Shown: positions 12,001 to 24,896, counted from the whole stretch's first letter. The stretch is 57,676 nt of DNA, filler included, from Bipalium vagum (GCA_037834085.1; 3 parts of 3 records of this genome joined end to end with filler, not necessarily neighbours in it), one strand, 5' to 3'. Notes: generated by a model from the letters alone, not told the origin. Numbers and translations: made by a program.

Positions 12001-14964
12001 GCAGCAGAAATCGATTGATAATTGTTACACGCTTACGGCGAACATGTACCATACAGACAAAGAACGTTTAGGCCAACAAAAGAAGTTTGAAGATGAAGAC
12101 TTACAAGCAATTATCCTAAAAGATTCCTTCGGAACACTTGAACATTGAATGTTAACTACAGTTGGTGAACGTTAGTAACACAAGGGAGTGAAACAGTTGC
12201 AAAGAGTATGGTTACTGCTTGAATTGACCGAAAGACAGGCAGAACAATATGAATACTGGAGTCAAAATACTGTAATACTTTTAAATGGACGAGTTTATTT
12301 TCTTAAAACGATGAAAGACAAAGAAACTCATAAAGACAATATTTTTCATTCTTTGGGGAAAATGTGAATTGGATGTCTCCTTAAATTCAGCGTACAAAGC
12401 TGTTGGGTCATGTTTAACTTCAATTCAACCTCGGATTTCGATTTAGAGGAAATCGATTATTAATTTGACTCTGTCTGTGGTAGAATGTACCCTTTTTATC
12501 TTTTGAAAAGTGTTAAATATTCCTCTTGTATGATGATCACTGAAACAGGCGTACAGTGAAGCAAGGGTAAGAGAGATTGTGGTATCTTTCTGGGTTATGT
12601 TCCGAATTCATTGCAATATGGGAAGCATTTTATTTTGTAGACAATATATGAATATCTTTTTGTTCTTTATAACACCGACCGCTCTCAATTTTAACTTCTG
12701 TCTGATATGCTTTAGAGTTTCATTGGACATTATTGTTTTATTTGCAGGAAATCGAAAGAAATGAGACCCTGATGTTGAACATCATCCAATTATTTATTGA
12801 CTTTGTCTTTGAAATCAAAGAGAAAAATGATCTCGACCAAGTACCATTGAACTCTCTTCAGCAATTCGCAGCAAAGGTTTCATTTTCTTGTTCTCTTTCA
12901 TTTTCATTCTCTCTTTCCTTTCCAGGATTCATTTGACATTTACAAGACCGCCGTTTCAGAGTGGAACGCCTTACAAACAGACATTTTCAAAATTGGAAAT
13001 GTAATCAATAGTTTTATTGATGATAAGATAAAAGTGCTGGTATAATTTCTTTGATTTTTAAAGATCTGTGTACCTCATGGTGTTTCAGACCGATCTCGAA
13101 ACGACTCAAGAGGAACTTGAAACAAACATCAATCATTTCAGAATGAAAGAAGATGTCACGAGTGCGCTGGAAGACGAAATACAAAGTCTGCTCGAGTTTC
13201 AGGTTCGTATTTTAACCTTGGTTTTTTTTGCATTTAAAGTTTGTTTTATATTGATTTTTGTTGAAGAAGAATTGTTTGTCTGAGGAGAATTACAATATCG
13301 ATCAGACAATTTTTGTCAGTTGTTTTGATTGAATAAATATATTTTACAAAATATAATAATATAAATAAAAAAAAATATAATATTACAACGTGAGCGTTTC
13401 ATGGAAAATGATGCTGTGGTTTACCAGATGGGAATGTTGGAATGTAGTTTAGGAACATGTAGTTTTGGTAAAGACAATTCAAAAATGAGATCTGGAAACA
13501 AATTTCTTCAAAAGAATTATTAACCAATTTGATTTTTGTGGAAAGCCTTGCGACTGTGCCTGATTCTGCCACTGTGTATTATGTTAAAGAATCTAATGGT
13601 GGCCATTTTGAAAATAAATAAATTTCGTTCATCTGGTAATATATCGATTTTATCATACTATTCTTTTGATCGTCCTATGTAATATTATAAGGACACTTTG
13701 TTAATTATTATTATCACAATTATTTTATTTTATTATTAATTATAATTTCACACATGTTTAGTATAAGGAATTATAAAGATCTTACGTAATCTTTATAATT
13801 CATAAAATCAATAATTACAATTGTTTTAATTATTGATTTTTATGAAAGAGCAGATTTTTGAAATAAATAAATTTTAGTAATTGTTAGTTTATTATTTCAT
13901 ATGGAATTCGAGCAAGTTAACATTTAGTTCGTCTTTATTATGTTTTAGAGGTAAAAATGCGTGTTTTAATGAATAATATTTATCATAGTGTAAACAGTCA
14001 AAAACAGCGCCTTTAAATGGTATTATGTGTATTTGTCTCATTTAAAATATTTTATTAATATTGTCTTTCATTTCGTTCATTTTTGTTGGAAAATCAACTT
14101 AGAAATGTAGATGACCAAAAATGCAAAATCCACGTTTGCATGTGGTTTGGGTTTAAACAAGGAAAGACTGCTACAGAATCATAGGGCACAATGTGCGACG
14201 TGTTTGGTGATGTTGTTATTAGTAATAGTCAATGCAGGAGATGGTTTGATGGTTTTTCAACGATCGAAAAATGGAAATGTAGATCTGGAAGATGATTACC
14301 ACGGAAGAAGTTAATAATTGATAATAAATGATAATCAATTAAAAGAAATTATTGAAGCAAAGCCTCGGTAAACTATTCAAGAACTTGCTGAGAGGTTCAA
14401 ATGCAACATGCGGCCATAGCAAATCATTTGCATTTAATAAATAAAATGAATCGATGTTGGTCCCACATCAATTTACTGTTTAAAACGCGCATTATTATTA
14501 TTATTAGAGTAATACTTTCACCACGAGTTATTATTATCGGTATTTTGTGATCCATCACTATATAATAAGTAATTTAATTTACTAAAAATACAAGTAACCT
14601 TGGCTCATGGACCTTTTGTTGATTTCAGAAAAACTTTTCCAAAGATTACGATCTTCTACAAACGATGCTCGAAGAGAAGCAGAACGAGTTGGATTTGGTC
14701 TCAAAAAAACTGATCTCACAGCCGATTCTGGTGGGTCCTTTATGTTGTCTTACTTTTTCTGTCGGTTTATATATTTATTTTATTTTCTTCTGGGTCTTAT
14801 AACCGTTGCTTAGATTGCTTTTTGTGAAAAAGAAAGCTCATATTAATATTTTGTGTTAGGATGAGCAGGAAGAATTAATTCGGTCATTGAAGAAGGAGCT
14901 GGTTGAAAAGGAAAATGTGATTGGAGAAAGAGATGAAGATTTGTACGTTCTCAAAGAGCAAAAG
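264..14964 (+). CDS. Multi-exon gene for an unidentified coiled-coil protein (start lies upstream of the window, 3' end unresolved)
   Basis: Phase-consistent AG/GT-bounded exons: 264-503, 1833-1933, 3228-3343, 7527-7670, 9982-10312, 11011-11122, 11173-11286 (or to 11290 plus 11519-11571), 12748-12876, 12926-13000, 13089-13202, 14629-14730, 14860-14964. Translations are E/K/Q/L-rich heptads, e.g. YYQDQLNKCYEDISRLKQQLESAQQ, ERKRLEESETLYNELLTEHEDMQKKYNE, EELIRSLKKELVEKENVIGERDEDLYVLKEQK. The clearly coiled-coil exons (7527, 9982, 12748 onward) are better supported than the first three and those at 11.0-11.6 kb. Confidence 0.75.
1960..3138 (+). mobile_element. Inverted-repeat-bounded element containing a decayed mariner transposase
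   Basis: Perfect 15 bp inverted repeat ATTAGAGTGAACCGA (1960-1974) / TCGGTTCACTCTAAT (3124-3138). The interior at about 2300-2560 gives mariner-like pieces (PHDN..., TSVITREHL, APYS, NEDDVRTSL) broken by stops and frameshifts. Confidence 0.6.
3698..4870 (+). mobile_element. Internally deleted Ty3/Gypsy LTR retrotransposon remnant (end of RNase H plus integrase, PPT, LTR starts)
   Basis: Frameshifted pol motifs YFKHYLYG...RTDHKAI, HTNADMLSR, IHRSL...CEICQR (degenerate HHCC), IDQYSRY, EIHVDCG, SPYYHNTNGIIER. A polypurine tract at 4835-4845 is followed by TGTGAG at 4846, and the same 25 bp (23/25 identical) begins at 3698. Confidence 0.88.
5560..5885 (-). mobile_element. Possible 5' fragment of a mariner element
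   Basis: Minus strand gives TVEEWAEI, similar to the mariner N-terminal HTH TVxxWxxxF motif. Otherwise heavily decayed. Confidence 0.35.
5980..6028. repeat. (TAA)n microsatellite
   Basis: About 16 perfect TAA units, which explain the poly-Ile in ORF 5882-6382. Confidence 0.95.
6461..7335 (+). mobile_element. Decayed mariner element with terminal inverted repeats
   Basis: 21 bp inverted repeat TGAGAAAGCTTGTGGAATCTG (6461-6481) / CAGATTCCACAGGCTTTCTCA (7315-7335), 1 mismatch. Interior carries mariner pieces (WFAKF, ITGD, STVWVF, KVVR, degenerate HPxxSxDL..PDxFLF). Confidence 0.8.
9304..9865 (+). mobile_element. Non-autonomous mariner derivative
   Basis: Imperfect TIRs TATTACGATGTCCCATAA / TTATGGGACAAACTAATA. 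Interior has DFHLFRSMAYFLR and ENKEEFQNKIQLFFDS, typical of a mariner C-terminus. Confidence 0.78.
11754..12310 (+). mobile_element. Mariner remnant (5' portion)
   Basis: TIR-like start TATTAGGTGTGGGAATTAGTCCC, resembling the element at 30686. N-terminal pieces CFNLRRSAAE, AYGEHV, KFEDEDLQAI. Confidence 0.7.
13385..13680 (+). mobile_element. Tc1/mariner-superfamily 3' fragment
   Basis: Ends in ESNGGHFEN, the GGHFE terminus seen in Tc1-like transposases. DFCGK upstream resembles DFxxWG. Confidence 0.45.
14000..14480 (+). mobile_element. Mariner transposase 5' fragment
   Basis: FQRSKNGNVDLEDDYHGR, then DNQLKEIIEAKPR.TIQELAERF, IANHLH and xVPHQ (WVPHEL-like). Confidence 0.78.
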
Positions 14965-15260
14965 GTAATAATAAATAATATTATAATTTAGAAATATTTA
15001 GAATCCATTAAATCTTCCTTTTATATTTTGAAAAAAAATCGATCATTTTCTGTTACTTTTACAATGATGTCAAACATTCTTTAATATGTCTAAATATTTT
15101 ATAACTGCCGACGCTCTGCTTGTGGAAAAGACAAAACCCCTCTAATCAGTTCAACTTCATCTGAAAATCAATAATTTTCACTTTAATATTAATTTATTAG
15201 GTTAATCAAAAATAATTTTTAACAATCAAAATATTAATAAAATTAAAAATTAATGATATG

Positions 15261-16173
15261 AATGGTGAGTGTAAGTCCCACCCCTATTTTAATAAGCAAT
15301 AGAAGATGAACAATCAATCAGTTGGTGTTGATATAACGATTTCAGACGATGATATTGTTTTTCACGAATTATCAAAATTATTTTTCGTTTTAATTAATTG
15401 ATAATTGTCAAACAATCCCGACACTGAACGAAAGGGCTCAAAACATTTTATGGTAAGAGGAATTTTGTTTATTGAAGCCGTTCATCTCCCAGTGCTAATG
15501 ACATACGAAATTTATTTAATAAATTTATGAAAAAATGTTCAATCAATATTCAAATTTGACGACCAAGTTAATTCATATGAAAATAACCTTCTACTTACAG
15601 AAAAGCAAATAATATTTCCAGGTGTTATTGTCTGGTCTGAATTGTTTCACAATGAAATTATTGTTCCATACTTTTTTGATGGAGCAGTGACTAGCTCCTC
15701 CTTATTTGAAAATGTTAACGGAGTGTTAACGACTAACAGATGGTATTCCAAGGCACTACTTCAACAAGATGGTGGATCTCCTCAGTATTTACTACTTTTC
15801 AGGAGTTTTTAAATAAGAAATGTCCTCAGATATGAACTGGACCCTCTATTGCAGTCTGTTCGACCAAGAAGTAAATATATAACATCAACGGGTTATTTTA
15901 TAAAGAGAAACGTAACATAAAGGGTATACAAACATCACTCTCAATGTACAGATCAATTGAAACAACTTGAGAAGAAATGGAATCAATTTGTCTTTCCATG
16001 TTAGCTGATATTTCTGGGAATTTTGTAAACCATTTGGACTTATACCTCAAGGCTCACGGACAGCAGTTTTGGATATCTTTGTTAAGTTTTTCATTATAAC
16101 TTGTCTCGGTGTATTAACCTATCTTATGTTACATAAATTTAAAATAGCGAATGGACTTTACTCTATCCATGTA
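15261..16173 (+). mobile_element. Decayed Tc1-like DNA transposon
   Basis: VIVWSEL...IIVPYFFDGAVT and FQQDGGSPQY catalytic-region pieces. Loosely similar inverted ends (ATGGTGAGTGTAAGTCC / GGACTTTACTCTATCCAT). Confidence 0.7.
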
Positions 16174-16593
16174 TAAAAATACAGAATAATAATGATTATA
16201 ATTATAATAACTTCTGTACCGTGATACAAGTATCTACAAGTATATATTTTGCAAACTTTTGTACAGAAAATCTGCATTTAATAAATGTTCACAAATGTTC
16301 ATGTGATTTGACAGTCGTGACAGCTTTGACATTGATGGTAAGAGTTCTGGTTCATTTGTAAATTCTGATCGGGCTCGCAATGCTACCGTCTGATCGACCA
16401 GTCTAACAATTTCAGCGTCTCATCACCTATAAATAGCAGCGTTGTCCATGTCTGGCAAAATTAGCAGACTTTTCATTAAAGAACAATGACGTTTCCTAAA
16501 TCCAAACAATGAAATGAGAACGACAAGTCTCCTTCGGAAATTGACTACTCAATACAAATTATTTATGCTCTCTGTTAATAATAATAATAATAA

Positions 16594-16693
16594 NNNNNNN
16601 NNNNNNNNNNNNNNNNNNNNNNNNNNNNNNNNNNNNNTTAATTAATTAANNNNNNNNNNNNNNNNNNNNNNNNNNNNNNNNNNNNNNNNNNNN
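16594..16693. other. Artificial scaffold linker (44N-TTAATTAATTAA-44N)
   Basis: Exactly 100 nt, with a palindromic six-frame-stop 12-mer at 16638-16649. Identical structure at 39503-39602. Confidence 0.95.
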
Positions 16694-16899
16694 CTTTATT
16701 GAGGACCTCTGAGCCTAAGAGCGAGAGGATTTTTATAATAAATAAATATAATTAATAAAATCATTTTAAAGATCAAAAGAAAATCTGTCAGAATTGTCTC
16801 ATTCATTGTAATTTGATACCGATTTAAATAAAAGTATTGAATTAAAAATTTGTTTTCTCAGTGAATTTTAATTAAAGACGAACACGAGTAAAAGCAACC

Positions 16900-17620
16900 T
16901 TCAACCGTTGAGACCTAAGTCATATACACGCTCCGACCTTTAACAACCTTTTTATCCATCAACTTAGGATCTTAACAGCATGAATAAAATCCTGAATTTC
17001 CGAGCATATTATCAGACAAAAATGTGAAATATTTTTCGTCATCCATCATGTAGAAATTTCTTTGCTTTGATAAATTTCTTCTTAATTTTCGACATTTAAT
17101 AGATATTTGTTCAATTTTCTGTTGATTGTATCTTGGTGATTTTTGTCTTGTGTAATATTTTAAACACAATTTTTTATATTTTGACGAGTACATGATCTTC
17201 AGACATTAAATTTTAGAGATTTTTTTTGACTCACACCAGCAGTATTTTTCGTTCAATCTTTCCATTGTTGCTGTTTTTTTGCTTTATTATTATCTTGCCA
17301 TATTACCACGTGGAATACCATCCTCAAAGTGTTTGATTATACGATTTCCAGTTGAAAAGGTTTTACCAATTCGGTTTTCTTAATTTGTCTAACCAAATCA
17401 ATGATACGTTTGCGAAGATTAACTTTTTTCGTCATCTATCAAATGATAATCTAAAATATTTTCTAATCATAAAAATAGATTTTCAAATCTATATAACAAC
17501 ATAAAATAAATTACTATTTTGCATTTTCAGATATTTATATTTTTTTATATTTATATTCAGATATTTATAAGCATTTTGTCTCAACACTTAAGACCCACTA
17601 ATTATTTAGTTTATTATGTT
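16900..17620 (-). mobile_element. Tc1-like transposase 5' remnant
   Basis: Minus strand ...RQKSPRYNQQ...KCRKL...FYMMDDEKYFTF (first catalytic Asp region), with an HTH-like N-terminus broken by frameshifts. Confidence 0.65.
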
Positions 17621-17833
17621 TTTAAACAATTTTTCATATAATAATTTTATATAAAAATTATATCTGGTTTTCATATTTTCCTTTCTTCATCATAGATTTT
17701 ATGTTTTGTTAGCATATTGTAGATATATGAAAAAAGAAAAGAAAATAATAAAAAAGAAATGACTTTAAATTTTCGTTGAAAGACAACGGCAAATTACACT
17801 GAACAACGGTCTCCAATGATTTCAGATTACATT

Positions 17834-19849
17834 TTAAATATCATAAGTTGTCAATATAAACAAAAAAAAGAAAGTGACCCTCTTAAGCAATTTGATTTCG
17901 GTTCCAGAGTTGATGGGTAGTTCTGAAAAATTTTAAATTAAATTAAATATTTGAATAAATAAAAATAAACAAAAATCAAAACTTTTACTCAAGATTCTTC
18001 AATACACATTGTAAAATATTTATATTAAGAGTAAGGGGAGACAACGAGAAAAAGGGAAACGTAGGATATCACTCGAGTAGTTGGGAAAATTGGATGAAAA
18101 CATATAAAAGGATATTATATAATAAAAATCATTAAAGATAAACTGAAAATGAAAATACGCGGGAAATTCAAGAACTTTTGAGAATATGTAAAAAAAACAA
18201 AGTCGACTGGTTTGTGACATTGTCATAATGAATAAACTGTGATTATACTACATTTCTCAGGAGAAAAAGTATTTTACTCCTGATTTTTCTGGAAATCATT
18301 TTAAGAAAGTCTTACTAAATTGAATGAAGTTAAGAAGTCTAATCTAAACAGTTAACTGGTATCTTTTGTACTGGGTCCATGATTAAAATTCCATGAAAAA
18401 TATTGAAAAATATGTTTCCTTGAGTTAAATTTTTGAATTTACTCAATTTCTCTATCGGGTACATAAGAGGTATTCACGGGAAAAGCCCAAGAAATTTGAT
18501 TGCTTGACTTGATATTTGATATTGATTAACCACCTAGTTTTAATTCATCAAAAAGGCAACTATACCGAGGTATTTAAATAAACTCTTCTCTTTACTGAAT
18601 GCCAACTATAAAGGATTAAAGGTTTCTGTCTCAGTCCATTTCAGAAATCAAAGAAAGTTATCATTTTTCTGTTGTTAAATATATTTTTGATTTTTTTCTT
18701 TGACCGTAAATTTATTCGTTATGATTATATAAAATTTTCCAAAATATTAACCGATTGAGGACGGGGCATCAAATCCGGTACTGAAATAATGAATTGAAAT
18801 ATCTGATTCCAGCTCAAGACCATCCGATAATGTGAACAGAAGCTGGGCTTTGACCATGTAAATAGTCTGAGGTTGGAGATTGGTAAGGATCAATGAATTG
18901 GTATTCTGCATGATAATAATTTGATCCGAAATCAAAATAGATTTTTATAAATAAAAATTTCTACATATGTATATTTATTTATAAAGAAATGTTAAAAGCT
19001 TGGTAAGAAATCTTTGCAGTATATTAAAGTTGTTGAAAGATATTGAAATATTATTGCTTGCCTCCAGTTAATAAAAAAATTATAGTAATACGAAAATTGT
19101 TAATAATAAAAATGTATCAAGAGGTGATATCTCGATTTTGATAAAATCTATAAAGATAAATATGTTATTAAATGTTTGTTACATGTATATGTTTATATAT
19201 TGCTATGACATAAAAATTAAAATTTTATAACTTTTTTCACTAAATTCATGAATATTAAAGCACAAAGACAAGTAATATAAGTTTTGACAAAAGAGTGTAC
19301 CCTTTAAAAAACTCAAAAAGGATTAATAAATGCTTATCAAGATGCGATAATATATAATAATATATATAATAATATATAATTTAAAGGGAGAGACATTTTA
19401 AAAGAAAACTGACAAATAAGTAAGTGGATACCAATCAATTTCAATCTCAGAAGACAATCTACACAAGATTAGTGCAATGATTCAAGAAGAATGTCAAATC
19501 AGTAAAACAATTATTAAAAATCATATGAATGTGCCTGTGGTTCTGCTATTTAATGATTCATGGTTTTTTTGGTTTCAAAAAGACTATAAGTAGTAGATTC
19601 CTCAATTGCTAACCAAAGATTTGAAGGCTTAAGATTTTCCTTCAGTTTCTGGAAGTGTTTTTATCAAAAATAACTCATTCTTTTCGAATATAGTAAGAAA
19701 ACCTTGATTTATAAGTACTAACCAGAAAGTAAAATATAATTGATGGAATAGAGGCATCCTTATTTCCCCAGCGATCAAAGTGCTTAGCAAAAAATTTGAG
19801 TACAAAGATTATGGTAATACTTTAGGGATTTCTTAGATATTTTTGATTT

Positions 19850-19893
<44 letters not shown>

Positions 19894-22800
19894 GGGCTAA
19901 TTTGATTTGAAGTTTTATTTAATATTATTATGTTAAGCTGGTTTGATATTTGTTTCTTAACATTGGAGAACTTTTTAAAATTTATCATAAAAGAATAATC
20001 CGAAATATTTCAATTTTCACAAAATTAATTTTAATTATAACAATTTTATACTAACATTAATATTTTATAGAACACATTTCATGTGTGACATACAGTACCT
20101 GCAAAAAGTATTCGTACGATCACCTTTTTCATAATAAAACTTAGATTTAGAAAAGATAAAGAAACTTATGATTTTTGAAAATATTTAGTTTGATCTTTAG
20201 GCATATCATTATAATTCTAGATTAATATTATTAATTATATTAAAATTATTTTTCAATATTTTTTTTGTCATACTGCTTCATAAATCTAACTATTTTAGAA
20301 ATTAAGTGATCGTACGAATACTTTTTGCAGGTACTGTATGTATATAATATTATAAAAACCACCTGAAAGTAAAATTATTGGCAAAAAATAAAAGAACATA
20401 AATCAATTATTAATTATAGAAAAACATATCTCTTCTCCCTGACAATCCACAACATATGATTTATCATTGAGTAAAAATCAATTTAATTTTTTTCCTTTAA
20501 TATCTTAAAACTGCAACGAATTGCTCTGGAGAAATGTTTTCCCTCTGCTTTATATTGGAAAAAATTCTCATTTTAAGCAAAATGAAACTGAATGAGGAGC
20601 GCAGTTGTATAAGAGATAGGACTTGTTTTGTAATGAGAACTTCGCTTCTTATGATTAATCCTCTTGGGCTCGGTTATTGCCGAAGTCAGCCGAAAATTTC
20701 CGAGGCTGGAGAAATATAGGTATTATGGGTCTTTCACCATAAAAATGTACGAAAACGAAAGCTTTCCTTGCCTGACAATTCTGAATCAGTTTATGAAGTG
20801 CAGAAAAAATCTCTGATTCACTTCGAAGTAATTTGAGCTCTTAGATTTTCATAAAAATGCAATAAATATCTTATAACAATATTTATATATTAGATTTTCT
20901 GGTCTTCGGTTTTTGTTAGAGTCAAGATTAATAAATCCTTTTTATATATATGAGTGCAATAAACAAGAAATATTATGTTATTATTTTAGAATAGCCTTAT
21001 TAATATTGTGGCATCGATTTTGTGACCGAAAATTTAAAGTATTTTAGGCATTTTATATTATTATTTTAAGAAATTTAAAGATCTCCAGAGATATATCGAA
21101 AACTATGTGTAGTTTATGGCTACAGAGTGTAACAGAACATAATTGCCGAATTTGGTTTATAAAATTTAGTTCTATTGCTTTCTAGTAGGGAAAAATAAAA
21201 TTAAAGAGAACCAAGTAAAGGTCACAATTGAAGCTAACGAATTGAAATTCTGTACTGTTCGTGAAATTGCAAAAAGTTCAACCCATTCAGTAAGAATATT
21301 AATCTTTAGAGAAACATGGGATTCAAAAAACCTCGATATTTGAGTTCTATATAAACTAATTTAAATCCATTTTCATTTGATCTAACTAATCAGCATTTGT
21401 AACATGAATTCTAAACGTATTCAAAAAAATCATTTTTTGAAAACCTAATATCAATTTTGATGAAAAAAGGGATTGTTTACAATAACATTCAACGTTAAAG
21501 ATCTAAGCACTATGAGTCACCTCAAACAAAATCATAACATGATTTGCACCAATAAGTTGTTTTATGTATGGTTAGATTACCTTGTTATACTTCGACCTCA
21601 TAAAAGTTTCTAAATAAATCAATTGTTATAAAGTAGAAACATTATTTACTGTTTTAAATAACAACCATTTAATGACTTCATTTAAGATGTTTTCTTTAAA
21701 AATGTAACAGTAAGTTATATTTCGTAGCTGTATTCGTTTTTTGCCATGAATTTGGTCCTAGTGATTTCGTCTTGCTTAATAACTTGGAAAAACATTTGAG
21801 AGCAGAAAATAGAGTCGAAAGCGATCTTATAAGACCATTGGATATATTTTTCAATTTCTTTTTCATTGGTAACTGGATGTAAGAAGTCAATAAAACAGAA
21901 ATTGGTTAAATAGTGAAATGATATTTTGTGTTTATCTATTAGGTTCATTTGTTGTAAATAAGATGTTTCATCTTAGTATCATTCAACTTTCTTTAAGTAT
22001 CTAAATACTATTTACTCACACCACCTGCGTTCAGAAATGTTTGCTAAAAGGATGTAACTGAAAAATTAAGTTACTGTTCACTAGACTAAAATTAATAAAT
22101 TAATTTAATATATACACGTGTACGTAAGGTTTATTTTATTATTATATGTCATGTAATGATTTTAAATTTGGTTTTCCTTATACTGTACAAGGAAATTAAT
22201 CTTTGATAATTATAATAGAGAAAGAAAATAGGCTGCTTGTTTGGAACATTTCCAATTAATCGCCAATGATATAGCTCATGAAAAAGCTCTAATCAAAGCT
22301 GACTACCTAATAATCACAGAGAGCTGCAATAAAACAAGATGTTAACAGCAGAACAGTATTTGCCTATTAAAGTAAATCAAAGTGAAGAAACCAAAAAACG
22401 AATAAGCAAATGGAAACCTAGAATTTTTTTCTTCTACACAAGAAATATAAATCGTTTATTGAACCTATGTAAAATATGAAGAAAAATGAACAGCATATAA
22501 AAGTGATTCAAAGCTCCATAAGATTTTGAAAAGCCGGAATAACACACGAAGATCAAACAAGGTTCCCAAGAAATGAAATAACTTCTACATGGCAGTACGT
22601 CCAAGAAGTCGGCAAAATGAGCAAACAGTCATCATCAAACTTCAAGACACTTTAGTTGATAAAAAAATAAAGTACACTTTGAAATTAGTGTTTCAAAAGT
22701 TTTACTACAAATTTCCGGCTGAAATAAATAAACATTTTTATTGATGGAAAGAAATTTTTTATTTTAAATAAAAATATGTTGGTACACGTCAGTCTTCTAA

Positions 22801-24817
22801 GCTTACAATGAAATATCAAAAACATCAAAACTGGAAACAGATTATATAAAATGGTTTTTTATTTTACTCATTGATCTTTTAGTAACAAAATATATATTAG
22901 AGATATCTTTTCGTTAAAGTAGCCCGAAAATTGTACAATTAATTATTCGAATAAAACAAAACATAATTATTAATGAAATCATAATTTTGAAAATGTCACA
23001 ACCAATTTATTTGTATTAAAAGACCAATGTCATTAATAATTATATTTTCCTGTCTTCTATATTAATTATATTTTACTTAAAATAAAAAATGGCGTCATTG
23101 TTAAATATTATTTAAAAAAGTATTTTCACAGTATTTTCTTTCACATTTATTAAATCTAATTTCATGGGTTGAGCATCAAATATTATAAGTTAAAAAAGAC
23201 AATATTATTAGTTTAAAAACACTAAAAATCTCAATTTTTTTGGTTTTAATAAATAAAATAAAAATAGATTATTAATAAAATTTTATATATATTATATATA
23301 TACTTACATTCATATTTAAAATACCAGTTGAGTCGCAATCTGACATAAAAGTCTTAATTAATTCAATTTCTTTAGAAAAATCTTCAATTTTAACAGTAGC
23401 TATTTCACCTTGCACCTTCACTGTTTTCATTCCAATTCACTTCTTAAAACGGGATAAAATACCTTTTGATATATTGTAATTCTCTGTATCAGCAGCAAAA
23501 ATTTCTGCCTGGCAAGATTATTGCTTCAGAAATAGGATTCATGATAATCACAACAATTCTAAAGCTTTTTCCAAGTCTGGATATGCTAGTTGTATAATTT
23601 TCTTAATTCCAACTCTTGTATTAGCTTCCGCAGCTAATATAGACTCCTCATTTTTCAATTTTTTACCAATTGTTAGAAGATCTTTCTTTTTTTTCTTTTT
23701 AAATTTTCGATCAAAATAAAATTTCAGGTCAGTGTGAGTTATTTTCTTAAACGTTTTCATGTATTGTATTATTTCCTCTTTTTGATTGAAGCTTAAATGT
23801 ATTCCAATGTAAATTCTAAGGTTAATTCAAAATAAACTTCTCAAAAAAATTTATTAAATGAAAATTAAAGGCGAATAAATAATAATTTTATAAATATATT
23901 TTTAAAAATAACAAAATTGATTGTAAAAGTGAAAAAATTGATCTAAAACTCTTACACATTTCTTATAAATTAACACGTACTATGCAGGGATTAGCAGATT
24001 AGGTAAATTTCATTTAATTTTTATGATCTAATCTACCAAAAAACAAAAATATAAAATTCTGCGCAAATTAGGCGGGAAAAATGTATATATATACATTATT
24101 TTATTACTTTTATTTATTATTTATTTTTTTGGAAATTATTTATGTATTATTTAATCAGAATTTACTTTATTAATCACTTTAACATTGGATCTGGCAGCAT
24201 CAATGATGGGCAGTAAACCAGTGTACGTGGAATACATTTCATGCCTGATTGGTTCATATAATCTGGGACCCCAAGCTATTCGATATCTTGATTGATAAAT
24301 ATCTTCATTTGGAACTGATATGGATATTGGATGGTTCCAGGTCAATTCATAGGTTTTACTACTTGAGTTTATCAGCTTACTGGAAAGATTTTGAGGCTGA
24401 GAAGGAGCTTCATTTACTTAAAAGATATAAATTTTGAATTTCAATTGATCTAACTTTATCATATCTTACCAAAATCCAAACATTTTAATGAGTTCAAGCT
24501 TTCGCCACCTAAAATTTTGGAACAAGAAGGCACACAAAATTCTCCTTCAACTGAAGGTGGATTGAGTGGTCTTTTTTCTTTTGGGATATCATTTTGGAAA
24601 GTTTTGATTTTAATGTGATATCGACAATTAAAGAAAATATTATTTATTTTGAAATTTTCTTTCTGAAATATAAAAAATAACAATAATATAAATGAAAAGC
24701 AATATAATAATGTGATATAAAACTGTATTTTAATAAAAAATATAAAGGTAAACAAAGGTAACCCCGAGAAAAGTTGATTATATTGTATATATCTAAATGA
24801 AGATTGCATGGAAAATT

Positions 24818-24896
<79 letters not shown>

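Noticed and set aside
16638-16649. TTAATTAATTAA palindrome (also 39547-39558) as a biological motif or piggyBac target
   Set aside because: It is centred in symmetrical 44N blocks at both sites, so it is a synthetic six-frame-stop linker.
20500-20850. Possible piggyBac-like C-terminal Cys-rich fragment on the minus strand
   Set aside because: Too degenerate, and no TIR or TTAA boundary could be established.
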